Notes under the pieces: generated by a model
What the model was told of the DNA's origin: nothing
The model's database searches: none
What the model saw: the letters and a program-made list of their open reading frames with translations, nothing else
Source of the DNA: Octopus vulgaris
Taxonomy: Eukaryota
NCBI GenBank assembly: GCA_951406725.2
Contig: OX597815.1
Location: 111,414,001 to 111,478,000 of the forward strand
Length of the DNA stretch: 64,000 bases
Reading direction: 5' to 3'
In this document: positions 13,837 to 27,262 of the stretch, piece after piece
How the letters are laid out: each line of letters begins with the position of its first letter
How positions within the stretch are numbered: the stretch's first letter is position 1
Made by a program: the position numbers and the translations under genes

Positions 13837-13837
<1 letters not shown>
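12210..13837 (+). mobile_element. Young 5'-truncated RLE-type (R4/Dong-like) LINE
   Basis: Open frame from 12210 to 13620 apart from one extra A in the A8 run at 13201-13208; YKYLGV, RLYLPRKRGGRGL, IAAQDQ, CRVCKQQNETIDHVVSKC, RHD, NRPDII, KLSKYKDL; ~220-bp 3'UTR; (TAA)n on both sides. Confidence 0.95.
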
Positions 13838-13891
<54 letters not shown>

Positions 13892-13892
<1 letters not shown>

Positions 13893-14998
13893 GAAAAGAA
13901 ATTGCTAACTACATATGAGACACTCAACTTCCAAAATGGCAGAGACAGTCAATATATACCACGAAAATGTGGGGGAAGAGGACTTATTGGATGCGAACAC
14001 AGCATCGAAGCAGAATAAAACAACATAGCATGGGGTATGTAAAAAATAAGTGCCGCAGAACCCCTATTATTAGAAGTAAGAAGGTCAGGTTTGTGTAGGA
14101 TGAAAGATTGCAAAGATAAAGCACTGTAACAGCAATTGAAAACGATGAAATTGAAAATAGGTGGGTAAAGATAAGAATACGTGGACAACTTTATAGGGAT
14201 GTTGAAAATAAGACAGACAGAGAAAAAAGATGGCTGTGGATGACTGAAAGTGATTTAAAACCGGAAACGGAGGCTCTAATCTCTGCTGCCTAGGAGGAAG
14301 CACTAAGAACAAACTGTATAAAATAAGAATAGACAACACATCAGAAAGTGATAAATGCAGAATCTGTGGACAAAACGGTGAAACCATATGGCATATTACC
14401 AGCCAATGTACGCTACTAGACCGGAAGTAATATAAGGGACACCATGACGATATAGCAAGGCTTATCCATTGGACACTTTGCAACACATATGGACTTGACA
14501 GAGCAAAGAATTGGTACGGCCACAAATCTGAAGACATCGTCGAAAATGATAATGCAAATATCCTAATGAGATTTTATGATTCAGTGCGACCATGAGATAA
14601 AGAATAGGAAGGCGGACATAATCTTAATTGAGAAAGAAAAGAAACTATCCCGGATCATAGATATAGTACGCCCAGCTGAAACAAGGTATGCGATAAAGAA
14701 GAATGAAAAGTAGATAGATATGATAGGTTAGCTTAGGAAGTTAAGCAGTTGTGGTCGATGAAAACGGTGGTAGAAGTACCAGTAGTTGTCGGAGCCCTGA
14801 AGACAGTAAATAAAAATCTTGAGAAGTACATGGACGACATAGGGGCTGCAATAAAGGTGGAGCACTTGCGGAAATCAGAACTGCACGGATATTCTGGAAG
14901 TTACTCGAAAAATTAGAGGTGTTACGTTAGTTCTCTAGTAGTGAACAGCTGACACTGTAGGATATCTCCAGCGTTAGACGCTGTGCAAAGGCTCTATC
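13892..14998 (+). mobile_element. Second decayed copy of the 10341-12091 LINE subfamily (3' portion)
   Basis: Aligns with ~10990-12075 (GGATGCGAACACAGCATC, GATTTAAAACCGGAAACGG, TCAGTGCGACCATG, GCTGTGCAAAGGCT); YIPRKCGGRGLIGCEHS. Confidence 0.9.
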
Positions 14999-15037
14999 TG
15001 TGTGAATTGGCATATCCCCCATATTTGCATTACATGC

Positions 15038-15546
15038 AGTCTCAGGCAATGGCTCTCAAGGTTTTTACCTTAACTGACTGGAAGTGTTATCATGTCCATC
15101 ATTTTGTCTTGGTATAAAAGATGGGCTACATCAAACATTCTGCTCAATACCATATATTTGCTTTTAAGTTGGTTTGTTTTTAATCAGTTGAGCATATACC
15201 TTGGTGGCTGACAATATGTGACTCTCTGATCACGAGCAGAGAAATAGTAGGAGTGCATCATAGCCATGTGTTGAGACGAGTTCCTTAGAGTTTGATTATA
15301 TCACATCTGGAGACATGGGTGTGTTGTTCGTCATCCTCGAAGCAAACCTTATTCTAGGAACCTTTGAGCAGGATGGGCTACTCGATCTGAAAAAAATTCT
15401 AACAGGTCCCCACCTGCAAGGTCATGCACTGTCTAACTTGGTATGAGATTAACATGTCATACGCATATGGTTGTGAAGCATTGTCTGGTGTACCTTTATC
15501 AGACGGGTAGTCATGATGGGTATACTGGTCTTCATACTCTCACCCA
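15038..15546 (+). mobile_element. ~550-bp non-coding repeat, older 3'-shortened copy
   Basis: Reverse-complement match along its length to 53022-53568; followed by AATAATAAGAATAATAAT. Confidence 0.85.
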
Positions 15547-17544
15547 ATAATAAGAATAATAATCATTTCTACTATAGGGATAAGGTCTGAAATGTTGATG
15601 AGGTGGATAGACGATTACATCGACCCCAACCCTCAAATGGGCTTAATTTATCTATTCATTTAATTATTGTGGAAGTAGGTAAGCATTCGATAGATATAAC
15701 ATAATTCTCAGTCAGAATCAATCGAACAATGCACATTTGAATAACATAGGTAGATACAAAATAGAAAAAAACCTGCGCGAATATACGTGAACCTGCATAT
15801 ATGCGCGTCTGTTTATATAAGATCACATAAATTTATTTTATTTTATTGTAATAGCCCCTACACTTTCATTTGAACTGATAACCACATATGTTTTTAGTTA
15901 CACGTTCTGAATATATACGACTCCAATGTAAATTACGAGGTGAATGAGCTGAGCGGTGATAAGTAAAAAAAAATTTAGCAATTCGAATATGCTAACAGCA
16001 GGATCGAACTTGTAAAGACGCGATTCATCATGTTTTGCTATGGAGAAAATGTCTCGCTGTGGAGATATGCTGTAAAATACACCCAAATCAGACTGTTGGA
16101 TGCAAGCATTTAGGAGTAGTTATCACCTTTTCAGTCACAGCAACGGGGTGGTGGCGCTCCAAGCTGATAAGAGAGACATTCCCCCTTATTTTCCTCTACA
16201 GCAAGACCTTTTTTCCTTGACAAAACGCGGTGAATGGTTTGTTTACAAGAGTGAACATTCTCTTAACCTATTAACATTGGCTCGAATGTGATGAGGCTAC
16301 GAGAAATTTTAGTTTTGATTTTTTTTTCTTTCTTAATCCGCAGTAACTTACTACTGAACAAATGACAGTAATTTGCGGAATGAGAACTGAAAGCACCAGC
16401 AAGGAAATGAGATATTCAAGGTATCTCATGTGATGTTTTCGCAATTAATTCAATCACTGCTCCGTATTGGTCGTTTATATATTGGCAAGGAAAATAAGAT
16501 GATGAAAGCCAGTGTCGTGAAACGAGCAGGAACACACATAGCATGAAATCCCGTGAAGGCACTCATACATTCTTTTCCATAGCACACACAAACACACACA
16601 CAGAGGGAAGTTTATGTGAGTGCCTTATGTGAATATGAATATGACTATATGTGTGTGTATATGTATACACATTTCTTACAAACTCCTTTCAAGAGAACGC
16701 TTGCCGAATTGTAACAAAACCAGTCCCGAGACGATGTTTTGATACCAAGGGATATAATTCTTTATTCCATAATCTGCTCCATTCGTTTCATCATCTCTTT
16801 CACAGCAATCACAAACTGGATGTGTCTATTCATCTCCAACAATAGAGAGCAGTCAACAGAATGCAGGGTTACATAATTGGAATGTTACCCAATACTCTGT
16901 TAAACCCCTGGTGCAAAACAGATTGGTAAGCTGGACCATAATGGATATATATTACTGCACACTTCGATTAATATATATACAAATGTGTGTGTATGTGCGT
17001 GTATGTATATTTGCATTACATATAATATATACGCATATATGTACATATAGACGTCACTGAATGTTTGTATATAGAGATTATAAATATATGCATTCGCATA
17101 TGTGCAAGTTTTTGTGTATATTTAAACATGAATACTTGTCTTGTTGCTGTATATACCTCTCCTTGTCATTATTTATGCATTATAACTGAAGAAGTGAACA
17201 TGCAGTAATATAACATAATACTCCATCATATAAGTTGAAATTTCATGTATTTTCTTCTTTTATTTTGCATTTATTTTTACCAGCTATTATACAGTGCTAG
17301 ACCAGAAGCGTATTTCGATCTTACAGAAAACGCCATTCAAATTTGCATAGCTCTCCAAATCCCCCAGGTCACAAAATGCTTACTTTGAATACCTGCACCG
17401 ACATTGTTAAGCGTCTTACGTAGGCCTAGACATTTCTATATCTCCAGGGACAAATGCAGAACTGCCAACAAAGGAAACAATAAACAAATGCTACATTTAT
17501 AACAACAAATACCACAGTAAAAAATTTAACTCCGACAAATACAC

Positions 17545-17599
<55 letters not shown>

Positions 17600-17783
17600 T
17601 GATGATGATGATGATCATGATGATGATCATGATCATGGTGATCATGATGATGATGATGAGGATGATGATGATGATGGTGATGAATGTGATTGTGATGATA
17701 ATGATGATGGTCATGAATGTGATGGTGATGATACAGAAAAGAAATATAATCTGAAGCAAAACAAAACGAATAACTACAGCAAA

Positions 17784-17862
<79 letters not shown>

Positions 17863-17921
17863 ATACTACTACTACTACTTCTACTACAACTACAACTACT
17901 ACTACTACTACAACTACAACA

Positions 17922-17995
<74 letters not shown>
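17545..17995. repeat. Compound trinucleotide microsatellite (TAA/GAT/CTA)
   Basis: Directly visible. Confidence 0.95.
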
Positions 17996-17998
<3 letters not shown>

Positions 17999-18299
17999 TA
18001 TGTATTATTAGTATTATTATTATAAAGGCAAAAATATTATTAAACATAAAATATAAATAAAAAACGAAGATAATAAGCCGAATGTGTATAAACTCGTTGA
18101 ATAATCTATAGAGATTTCCAAATGTGCCAAGCCAAGTAACTGTGTAAATTGACTTAAAACCTGAATATGAAAAAATCTTAAAGTTAAAAATATTGTTATA
18201 AGAAAAGAAACCCAGATTTCTTAATCTACCGGCTCAAACTGAGGAAAATGAAAATATCTTAAAGGGAAATATCTCTAACAGCAACAATAATGATAATAA

Positions 18300-18497
18300 C
18301 CGTTTCTACTGTAGGTACAAGGCCTGATAATTTGAGGTAGCAGGTTAATCGATTTCATCGACCCCAGTGCGTAGCTGGTACTTAATTCATCGACCCCGAA
18401 AGGATAAAAGCCAACCTCGATGGAATTTGAACTTAGTACATAGTGACCTGCGAAATACCAGTATGCATTTCGTCCGGCGTGCTAACGATTCTGCAAG
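18300..18497 (-). mobile_element. Meta-domain SINE
   Basis: Plus strand TCGACCCCAGTGCGTAGCTGGTACTTAATTCATCGACCCCGAAAGGAT..GGAATTTGAACT..CCGGCGTGCTAACGATTCTGC = reverse complement of the 55630 family. Confidence 0.85.
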
Positions 18498-18502
18498 CAA
18501 AA

Positions 18503-18745
18503 CCATCTGTGTTATATGGACGATCTGAAGCTAGATATGACGGAGAACTAGAAGGATTGTTAACTACTGGTAAATGGTTTAGCAATGACAACGAGATTCA
18601 TTTTGGCCTTGAACAGTGTGCTAAAGCAACTTTTGTTAGAGGCAGGCTCAGACAAACAGCTTTCATTAATTTAGATAGCGACGCTACCATCAAGGAACTT
18701 AACCCACAAGACAGTTGTAAATACCTGGAGATAATATCAATTTAA
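18503..18745 (+). pseudogene. RLE-LINE reverse transcriptase fragment
   Basis: HLCYMDDLKL..FSND..FGLEQCAKATFVRG..IKELNPQDSCKYLEI; overlaps the start of the 12210 element protein (IKELDPAESYKYLGV). Confidence 0.8.
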
Positions 18746-18878
18746 ATGTCTGTGTTGCATTACATGAAGATATGTCGCTACTGCCCCTGCCATTTACCCT
18801 TCCCAAACTTTCCGTCATACTGTAACATCTTTTATCCTTCACTCACCCTAGCACGCTGTAAATAACAATATAATGATT

Positions 18879-19335
18879 ATGCTAGTGGATGAATGGAACG
18901 CCATCTTGGATGCACACCTATTCAGGGTGTGCATACAAGATGGCGTTCGAATCACCCACTGGCATTAAAAAGAGAGACGCCCGAAGAGAGACTTCCAAAC
19001 GTCTGAAGAAATACGGGTGCCCTAGTCTAAAAGCATAACCTCCGCGGTTGTTGATATCCAGGACCACCAACTTAACATCCGGCTCCAGAAAGTTCATATG
19101 TACTTCGAGATCCATTCCTTTCCTAACCCGCACTGTACACTGTCGTCTCCCATTACAGGACGACTAAGAGATGCGTAGATCTCAAGGCCTTCATAGATGC
19201 GAATTATTGTGCACGTGTCAGAAACTGTGGTCTTAATGATGACTGTCATACACACTTAGCAAACGGGGCTCATTGAACAAGCAGCCTCACTGTCAGGATG
19301 ACCCAAGGCCACGGACAAATATGCAACCTATTCTA
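18879..19335 (-). pseudogene. L1/Tx1-type APE endonuclease fragment
   Basis: IGCIFVRGLGS..KLVVLDI..FRL..FFRRLE..VGDSNAIL (NVRG and GDWNA motifs of APE endonucleases). Confidence 0.7.
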
Positions 19336-19896
19336 ATATTTACCATGTTGGTCAGACAGAATTGAGAAAATGGCAAAGAGTTACATTACTTACACTCCCG
19401 AGGCTGTTGGCAGGGGTATAACCCAACCTTCGAGTTTGGATGGGATTCCTTTGCGAACCTCTTACAAAGCCTACTCGTGGCATTTACATTCGTGGCATTC
19501 ACGTCGAAGGAGGAAAGTCTGCCTAAAGTTTTTTTATATATCTTAAATGGCATTCGCTTAACATTAAGTCACCTGGCACTTTAAAAATGCTGGTATCATG
19601 AATTTTTCCCATTCTCTCTATATATCTTTCGTGCTATCAGTGCCATCCATTCATAATTGGCTCTCCTCACAAGCACAAAGATTTGTTGTTTTTAGAGTGA
19701 AGCAGGGCTGTGATAGGGTTGGTGGTTCCGGTGGTGCTGATGGTGGTAGCGATGGTTGTGCTGAAGGTCGGTAAGTTAGCGGGGTTTGTATCGTTTTTGA
19801 TTTATCTCTGTGGTTGTTGTGATAGATTTCCCTGTTTTCTGATTCTGGGTTCGTTCTGAGAGTTACGGGTTTGTTTTTGTCAACGTTTTTCTTTCT

Positions 19897-19948
<52 letters not shown>

Positions 19949-19964
19949 GGAGAGAGAGAGAGAG

Positions 19965-21525
19965 ATAAGATGCGAAAACACAGCTTTGTTTTACAAGATT
20001 TAAGAGTATAATTAGTGCCAGAAGATATAAACTTTTGTACAAAATAAGGTTTTCTTCTTTCAACATAATTGAAGTAAGGACTGGTTTCGCATTGCTCATC
20101 AAACTGAGAGTCGATGAGATAAATTGCTAGTAGGAAAAATAAATATTGCTGGAGGAGATAATTGTTTATTTCATGTTTGACACCACTGTTTATTGCTAAA
20201 AATCTGGAATTTCAATGGGAACCAACCATTGCCACTCTAACAATGGTATTTTTAGAAATAACAATATATCAGGAGTCATTTTCAATATTTGGAAACACTC
20301 TCTCCCAATATATAAAAGAATATTGAAAAAGATGTTTGGACAACTGACTCATCCTCTGGAATGAAAACATCGATAAGCTCCTGGAGTTCAAAAAACTTCT
20401 CAATGACATTAACACCAACATACCATACAATTGACAATAGAACACAACCACGAGTAACTCCCATTCTTAGACATACTGATTTAAATATAAACAGACATTT
20501 TCTTTTACAATATCACAGACGCTAAACAATATCTATTTTTTAGCTTATGTCACACGAAACATATCAAAACGAATATCCCCTTCAGCCTTGCAAGAAGGAT
20601 TTGAACCATAGTATCCGAAACAAATACTAGAGAACTAAGACTGAAGAGTTTATCTTCCAATACTCCATAGGGAGCACAAACTTAACATTCTACGTAACCA
20701 TAAAATCATTAGGAGAAGCAAACTGCCTAAGATATTAAAGGAAATACTCATTATTCTCTAGAACAACGGACACCAGAGTCATAAATTGTGGTCGCCCTAG
20801 TGCGGATCATGGAAGGGTCGGAATTCCATTTCAAACAAGGGAAAATATTCAAGATGAAACCTAACTTCGCTTGCGCCTCCAAAAATATCATTTACGTAAA
20901 TAGATGCTCAGGTTGCCATCGAAATTATATTGGCTCAACGGGAAATTCGATCCGAAAGAGATGTACGGTCCACAGACAACAAATTTCATCCCCACGATAT
21001 TGCTAAATATACCTCAGTCAACATATGGATGAACGTGCAGAAAGATTAAACCACAATTGGAAATTTTCCCATTTTATCACCATTTTATCTGGAATTCAAC
21101 ACAGTTGTGTTGAATTCGTTGTGTTGAAGACTGAATAAAGAAGCCTTATTTATTCCAAAATATAAACCAGAATTGAATATGAAGCGATATAAAGAACTTA
21201 CTCCATCTAATAGATGTAAACTAGAATGAAGCCGAGAATACAAAAAAAAAAAAAAAAATTATTATAGATTTACTTTCCATTTACTGCAAAATATACGAGT
21301 GAACTATTATCTCCCGTAGCAATATTTTCGCCCCCACCCCCAGCAATTTATCTCTTTCAACTCTCAGTTTGAGAAGCAATACGAAACCGTCCTTACTTCA
21401 ATAATGTTGAAAGAACAAAACCTTATTTTGTACAAAATTTTATATCTACATCATCATGGCCCTAATATAATTTTAAATCCTGTAGAACAAATCTTGTGTG
21501 TTGTTTTCATCTTATGCCTTCCTCT
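19965..21525 (+). mobile_element. Penelope-like element, 5'-truncated, with an inverted copy of its 3' tail at the 5' end
   Basis: Y*KRCLDN*LILW, LPFLDILI, KQYLFFSLCH..NIPFSLARRI, GIY-YIG CASKNIIYVNRCSGCHRNYIGSTG..RCTVH; 19965-20170 is the reverse complement of ~21300-21525. Confidence 0.9.
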
Positions 21526-21570
21526 ATTTATATCCACCGCGTGTTTCGCCAGTAAAATATTTTCTACTTG

Positions 21571-21624
<54 letters not shown>

Positions 21625-21803
21625 ACGCGTGTGTATATGTATATATATATATGTATGTATATATATATATATATATGCGTTTATGAATTTGTGTTGCAAG
21701 ACTCCTGATGTGAAATCGTGTGTTGAAACAAATATTAATGTACATCGGGACGGTGATTATTTTGCCATATAAATACATACATATATACAAACACAAAATC
21801 ACA

Positions 21804-21877
<74 letters not shown>

Positions 21878-24333
21878 CTTAACCTATATTTCATTCCTCA
21901 GTGCCTACCTAATTTCCTGGTGTGCTAGATCACTTACACCTACAGCAAAAGCATCCCACATGGTAAATTTTAAGTTCAACTTCCAAGACCTAGCGCGATA
22001 TAAACGTGTTATATCACAACTGAACTTCGATTTCAATAATTGCCAATTTCCAGGTTGGCACATTCGGTGTATCAAAGCAATACATGTCAGCCAGATGAAT
22101 GATGAGATCGTGTTTCTGGGGATATTATCCTCGATCTCGTATTATCTGCTTCTGCACAATTCTTGTGTATAAAAAGTTTTGTACCACTCTAATTAACAAG
22201 ATGTCCCTGGTAATCTGAAATGTCCAGCAACCCGTCTATAAATGTCCACTAACATCTCTTTTCTATACTTATGCCCTCTGCACCTGCATAAAAGTTAGAA
22301 ACTTAGGACCCTGGTGAATGTTTTCTGTCAAACTTTCGACATTATGAAAGTCCAAGGAAACGTTTTGATAAGTGTAATTGGCGTGAGAATCGAAGAATCT
22401 AATGTGTAGATTAGTGAAGATAAGAAAAGACGGAAAGTGATGGCAGCTGTGGCGGAGGTACATTACGGGATTTGATATTGAGTCTACGATGATCAAATGA
22501 AAATATAGTGGAATAGTAATCGAAAATTGATCAGTTTCGTAGACAAATATATTCGCAACCTCCTTGATGAGCACACGCACAGGGGAGGTACATAAAAGTG
22601 TTATACGAAATCAAGTATATATAATTATACATAATTCTACTTATATAGAAAATCGATGAAAGATAATCTCGACAGAGGAAAAAGGGGTAAAGATTGGCAC
22701 TTGAATTGAGAATGAAAAGGAGAGTGCTTGGAGAAGTTGGAAAAATGTTTTGGAATCGTTTATTTTTTTTTTAATATTTTGCAGAGATTTACACGGCACC
22801 ATTCATTTTATATTACACTAAACTAGAGATTTGGAAAAATACGAATAAGAATCATAATTATGCTGAAGAAAGGGGAAAAGGAGACACAATAATAAAGTTT
22901 AACTAAATTTAATTGTACATTATATGCAACAGAGACGAGCATTAATTTTTGTTTTATATGTCAGTAGTATTACAACTGACATATCTAAAATGTGAATATA
23001 TTTTGCCTGGTCAAGGTAGTAATTAAATGCATCAATACAAATCTCTAATTTATATGCTGTTGGAATACTGTGTATATTTTAATTTAAGCATTAGGATATT
23101 ATCTCCAAATGCTTTGGTAATTTACGAGATGTATCGGCTAAACTCTGTAATGGGTATTGAAAGAAAGATAAAATGTGATTGGCAGAGCGCAAAGTAATAT
23201 TTATTCCACTGAACGATATAAATCATAAACCAATATTGTTTTAGTTTCATGGCATGTCAGAATATATTCCGGTTGGTTAATGTACGGACCGTAGGATATA
23301 CATTCACCTTCATAGGTCCGTTAAGACCTCAGTTGTGTGCGTGACTGACATTACGATGAATGCTTTAGTCTTAACATTTATTTCTGCAGTTGATTGCACT
23401 GTGTGCTTACACCAACGTTCTGTTTCTTTCCTACCAAGAGGTTTCAGATATCTCTTCTACAAGGTTAGACACAGTTAGATTGGTCTTCTTGTGGACATGA
23501 CAGTATCATAATTTTTTTTATTTCTGCAAATTTACAGTTTACAGTATATTTGGAAATTTTATAATTGATTTCGTTTATTGATTTTTCTGTCCACTTCATA
23601 TCAGCTTACTTTGGCTGAGATTTTTGGTGAACGTATCTCTGTTTATATTCTTAATTTAAATATGATAAATTTAAACTTAGAACATAAATTAACATGAATA
23701 TCCATTGCTATGTCATTATATAATATTTAGCATGTTGCAGCTAGTTCCTGGAAGTTGAGAACATTATCGACTGCTCTTCTGTTAACAATGCATTCTGTAT
23801 GCGGAACCGTATTTGTTTATGATATATTTCATATAACCCTTTCTTCATATATTATTTTATTTTTCATTAACATAATCTTGGCATTATCCTGAATAATTTT
23901 CTACTTTATTCTGCTTACATTTTCGTCTATAGAGGTTTGTTTTCGCATGTTTCATTTACAATATGACTTTCTGTTCTTTATTAATTTTGTAGCACTGATA
24001 AAGTTTACCCCTACCTTGGCTTTTAATTTAATGCATATATTCGAACTTTATTCATTGTAACATTCTTTCTCCCCATCTAGTTCATTATATTTTATTCAGT
24101 TTTTAAATTTACGTGTAATCATTTTTTCATAAATTTATATTCAACGATGCTATCATATAATTTCATGTTCTCGAATCAAAACATGTTCGTGTTTATAGAT
24201 ATAATCGACTAAAATCTTTGAGAACATTACCAGATAATGGTCGAACTCTCATAACTGAATCAGCCAAAGGGTAATATGAAAATAATATGTGACTTTCTTA
24301 CGAAAATTTATCCTGAACGGCAGTTTCTATATA

Positions 24334-25687
24334 CAGTAGCGACCATAATATAAACGTCAGTAAGAACAAGTGTATTGAAATATTTATTATAGAAGATTAA
24401 CAATACTTTGAGACAAGATATTTTACACATATCTAGATATATTTAATATCCATCTTCTGTGAAATTTTCAAGTGAATGAAATAACTATTTCCTAAGTTAT
24501 ATAGGAATAAACAAATAATCTTCCAAACTGCAACGTTGAAACAGTAAGGATCACTTAGAAAAACAATGAAAAATTGAACAAGAACAAAAATAAAACCATT
24601 AGTATTAATATTTTGAGAACATCCCTTTACTATCAATGACCTCTGCTACCACGGGACTATATCATTTCTTGCAAAACGATGTAATAAAATTTTCTATTCG
24701 TTTTTCAATAATTCTTAGAGTTCATTTTGGTTCTTTGGATTTCTCCTTCGCGTCCCATCTCCAATAATCTTCAAAACGTTTTCTATATGGCTGACATCGG
24801 GACTTTGAGTGGTTAGTCCATGAGATCAACCCCTGTATCTCTCAAAAACCTTTAACTCTCTTCACAGTGTGACAGAGAGCGTTGTCCTGCACGAAGGTAG
24901 GAAGTTGAACTGACTGGGATCGGAGATGTGGAAGTGCACGCCGTCTAAGAATCTGCTTGTAGATTTCAGCATTTGCAGTCCCTTGTAGGGGAATAAGTGG
25001 ACCAAGACCAGTAGCGGTGATCACTCCCCATACCATTGCACTGCCTTCTCCGTATTTTACTGTCTTCATCCATGCACGAGATAAGCATTCGCCACTTCTA
25101 CGTCGGACGTACATCCCCGGAACAAATCACATTAAATTTCAGTCATCACTAAAATAAACCTCTGACTACTGCTCTTCTGTCCAAACGACATGTTCGTGAG
25201 CAAACCCTCCTAAAAACTCGTCAGCAAAACTCAAACCTATCCTTCAGTGACACTCTAACCATGATATGATTCTATGTTGGTGAAATTTTTCTAGGTCTAC
25301 TGGTTTGAATTTTAGCATCTGTCGAACCCGATGACTTAAAACTAGCTACAATTCGTTGAACAACACTTCTAGACCTTCCTACAGTAGTTGTTATCACAGA
25401 ATTTGACTTGCCTTCTCGCCGAAGGCACGCAATACTTTGTTTTTCATCGCAAGACACCGGTCGGCTCTCACAATTCGCCCCGTGGAGAGTTGAATGTTAC
25501 AATAATGTAAAATCATAATAAGTAACTGTTAGCTCATTAACAGTCTTCTAAACAACAAATACGTGTAAAATATGTGTAAAATATCTAGTCTCAATGCGTT
25601 GTATGATAAATATTCTTTAGTAAATATCCTATAATATATATTTCAATAAACTTGTTCTTACTAACCTTTATATGATGGCCGCTACCC
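24334..25687 (-). mobile_element. Decayed Tc1 (DD34E-type) transposon with ~100-bp TIRs
   Basis: TIRs CAGTAGCGACCATAATATAAACGTCAGTAAGAACAAG.. and ..CTTGTTCTTACTAACCTTTATATGATGGCCGCTAC, TA flanks; SRPRK, TVKYGEGSAMVWG, QDNALCH, QSPDVSHIENV. Confidence 0.9.
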
Positions 25688-25811
25688 TATTTTGTACACT
25701 TCATTCGTTTTACATACCAATGTTGATGTTATTATCTTTATAATCATTAAACAAGCGAGATATATTAATTGAGACATATGTTTATATAGAATGATACTGG
25801 TAATACATGTG

Positions 25812-26010
25812 CAGCGAGCTGGTGGGGAAAAAGACCTTACGGTACGTGTTTCGGTTCTTTTCATTGCGTATTTTCATACCACCGAATTCAACTTTGCATT
25901 TTATAGTTTGAGGTCGATAAAATAAAGAACCGGTTGAGGGTTGAGATCAATGATATCGACTATCCCCCCCCCTCCAAATTTAGATCGTATAATTATAATA
26001 GAAACAATTA
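25812..26010 (+). mobile_element. Decayed Meta-domain SINE
   Basis: GCGAGCTGG head..ACTTTGCATTTTATAGTTTGAGGTCGATAAAATAAAGAACCGG..ATCGACTATCCCCCCC. Confidence 0.6.
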
Positions 26011-26049
26011 TCATTTGATTCTGAGGAACAAACCATTGGTGTACTTAAA

Positions 26050-27170
26050 AATATAAGCTTTTTTCCAGTGGTATATAATAGTTATGTTGTTGGAGCTTTG
26101 CTTGTTGGTGATAATGGTCCAATCATGATGTACGCTTATATTTCCTCACTTGCTTTCTAAGACGTTGCACATTTTAATTTGATGATTTTGTTCCATATTT
26201 TTACTTGGTTCAAATTCTAATTACGTGTGTCTTTATAAAACTGCCACGCTTCACAAACAATTTCGAAATGCATTTGCTGATATGATTTGATAACAGTTTT
26301 CTTTACTTACAGATTTATATTATTCAGAGTGAAACTATGCTTTTCGTAATGTGTCGTCTTATTTTTAAAATTCTTCTGTTGCATCTTTCTTTTTCAGTGC
26401 TCTACAAAAAGGTAACATTTTTATATTTCTGTTTGAATGCTATGTAGCATATCATACTTCCATAGATCTCATTGCTCTCGACTTTTCTTCTAGAAACCAG
26501 AGTCTTAGGATCGAGCCTGGCTTCCCATCATACAATCAATGCAACCGATTAAAATTAATCTTAGAAGCCTTTGATATTCATATTTTTCCATGTATAGTAT
26601 CATCCAAAAGGCCTTGTTTTATTGATTTAATCTTTTATGGAACAGATCATTCATTTGTTGTTTTGGCAGGTATTCAACATTGATTCATGTGTTTTCTCTA
26701 TTGTTTCTCTTATATCGTCATCATAGCATACTCTTTGATACGTTATGGTGCGAGAAACGTATTCTATATTTCCTTGCCCATCATGCGTATGAGGTTTGTG
26801 TATCTCTTTTTGGTTGAATGTTTCCATGGAAATTTCTATATTCTTCATAATAAATTTTAGCGTTAATTCTCATTGCATTTGCTTTTGATTTAAGGCGTTG
26901 TTTCTTTGGCAGTGGGTTGTGTAGCATTTACGTCGTGTTTTCAGGTATCATTTATTGTATATGTGCTTGTTTCTGTTGTATTATTGACTGCCGATTGTGG
27001 GATTTCATGTTTATTTTACAGGCTAGGTTCTCTGGTGATTAATTTATTCTTATCTTATAGCATACTTTATGGGTATTTTATATTTTATTTAATTGTTAAT
27101 CTATATGATTTCAATATTTTGGTCTCTTTCATTTTCAAAAGTGCTATTGTTTATTAGAAACGCACTGCAT
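26050..27170 (-). pseudogene. Possible highly decayed RLE-LINE N-terminal region
   Basis: Weak remnants only (LKCATS*KASEE..VHHDW resembling SNWKAPG.D..HN.W). Confidence 0.3.
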
Positions 27171-27191
27171 AATGGTGGTAGTGATGATGAC

Positions 27192-27262
<71 letters not shown>

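Noticed and set aside
21900-22600. Possible Gypsy RNase H/integrase remnant on the minus strand (AGHF, IALD, AFAV)
   Set aside because: Motifs are too short and degenerate, and no LTRs were seen
22700-24200. Possible very old hAT transposase on the minus strand
   Set aside because: Only faint motif similarity (HTECIVNRRA, LADTS); needs an HMM search
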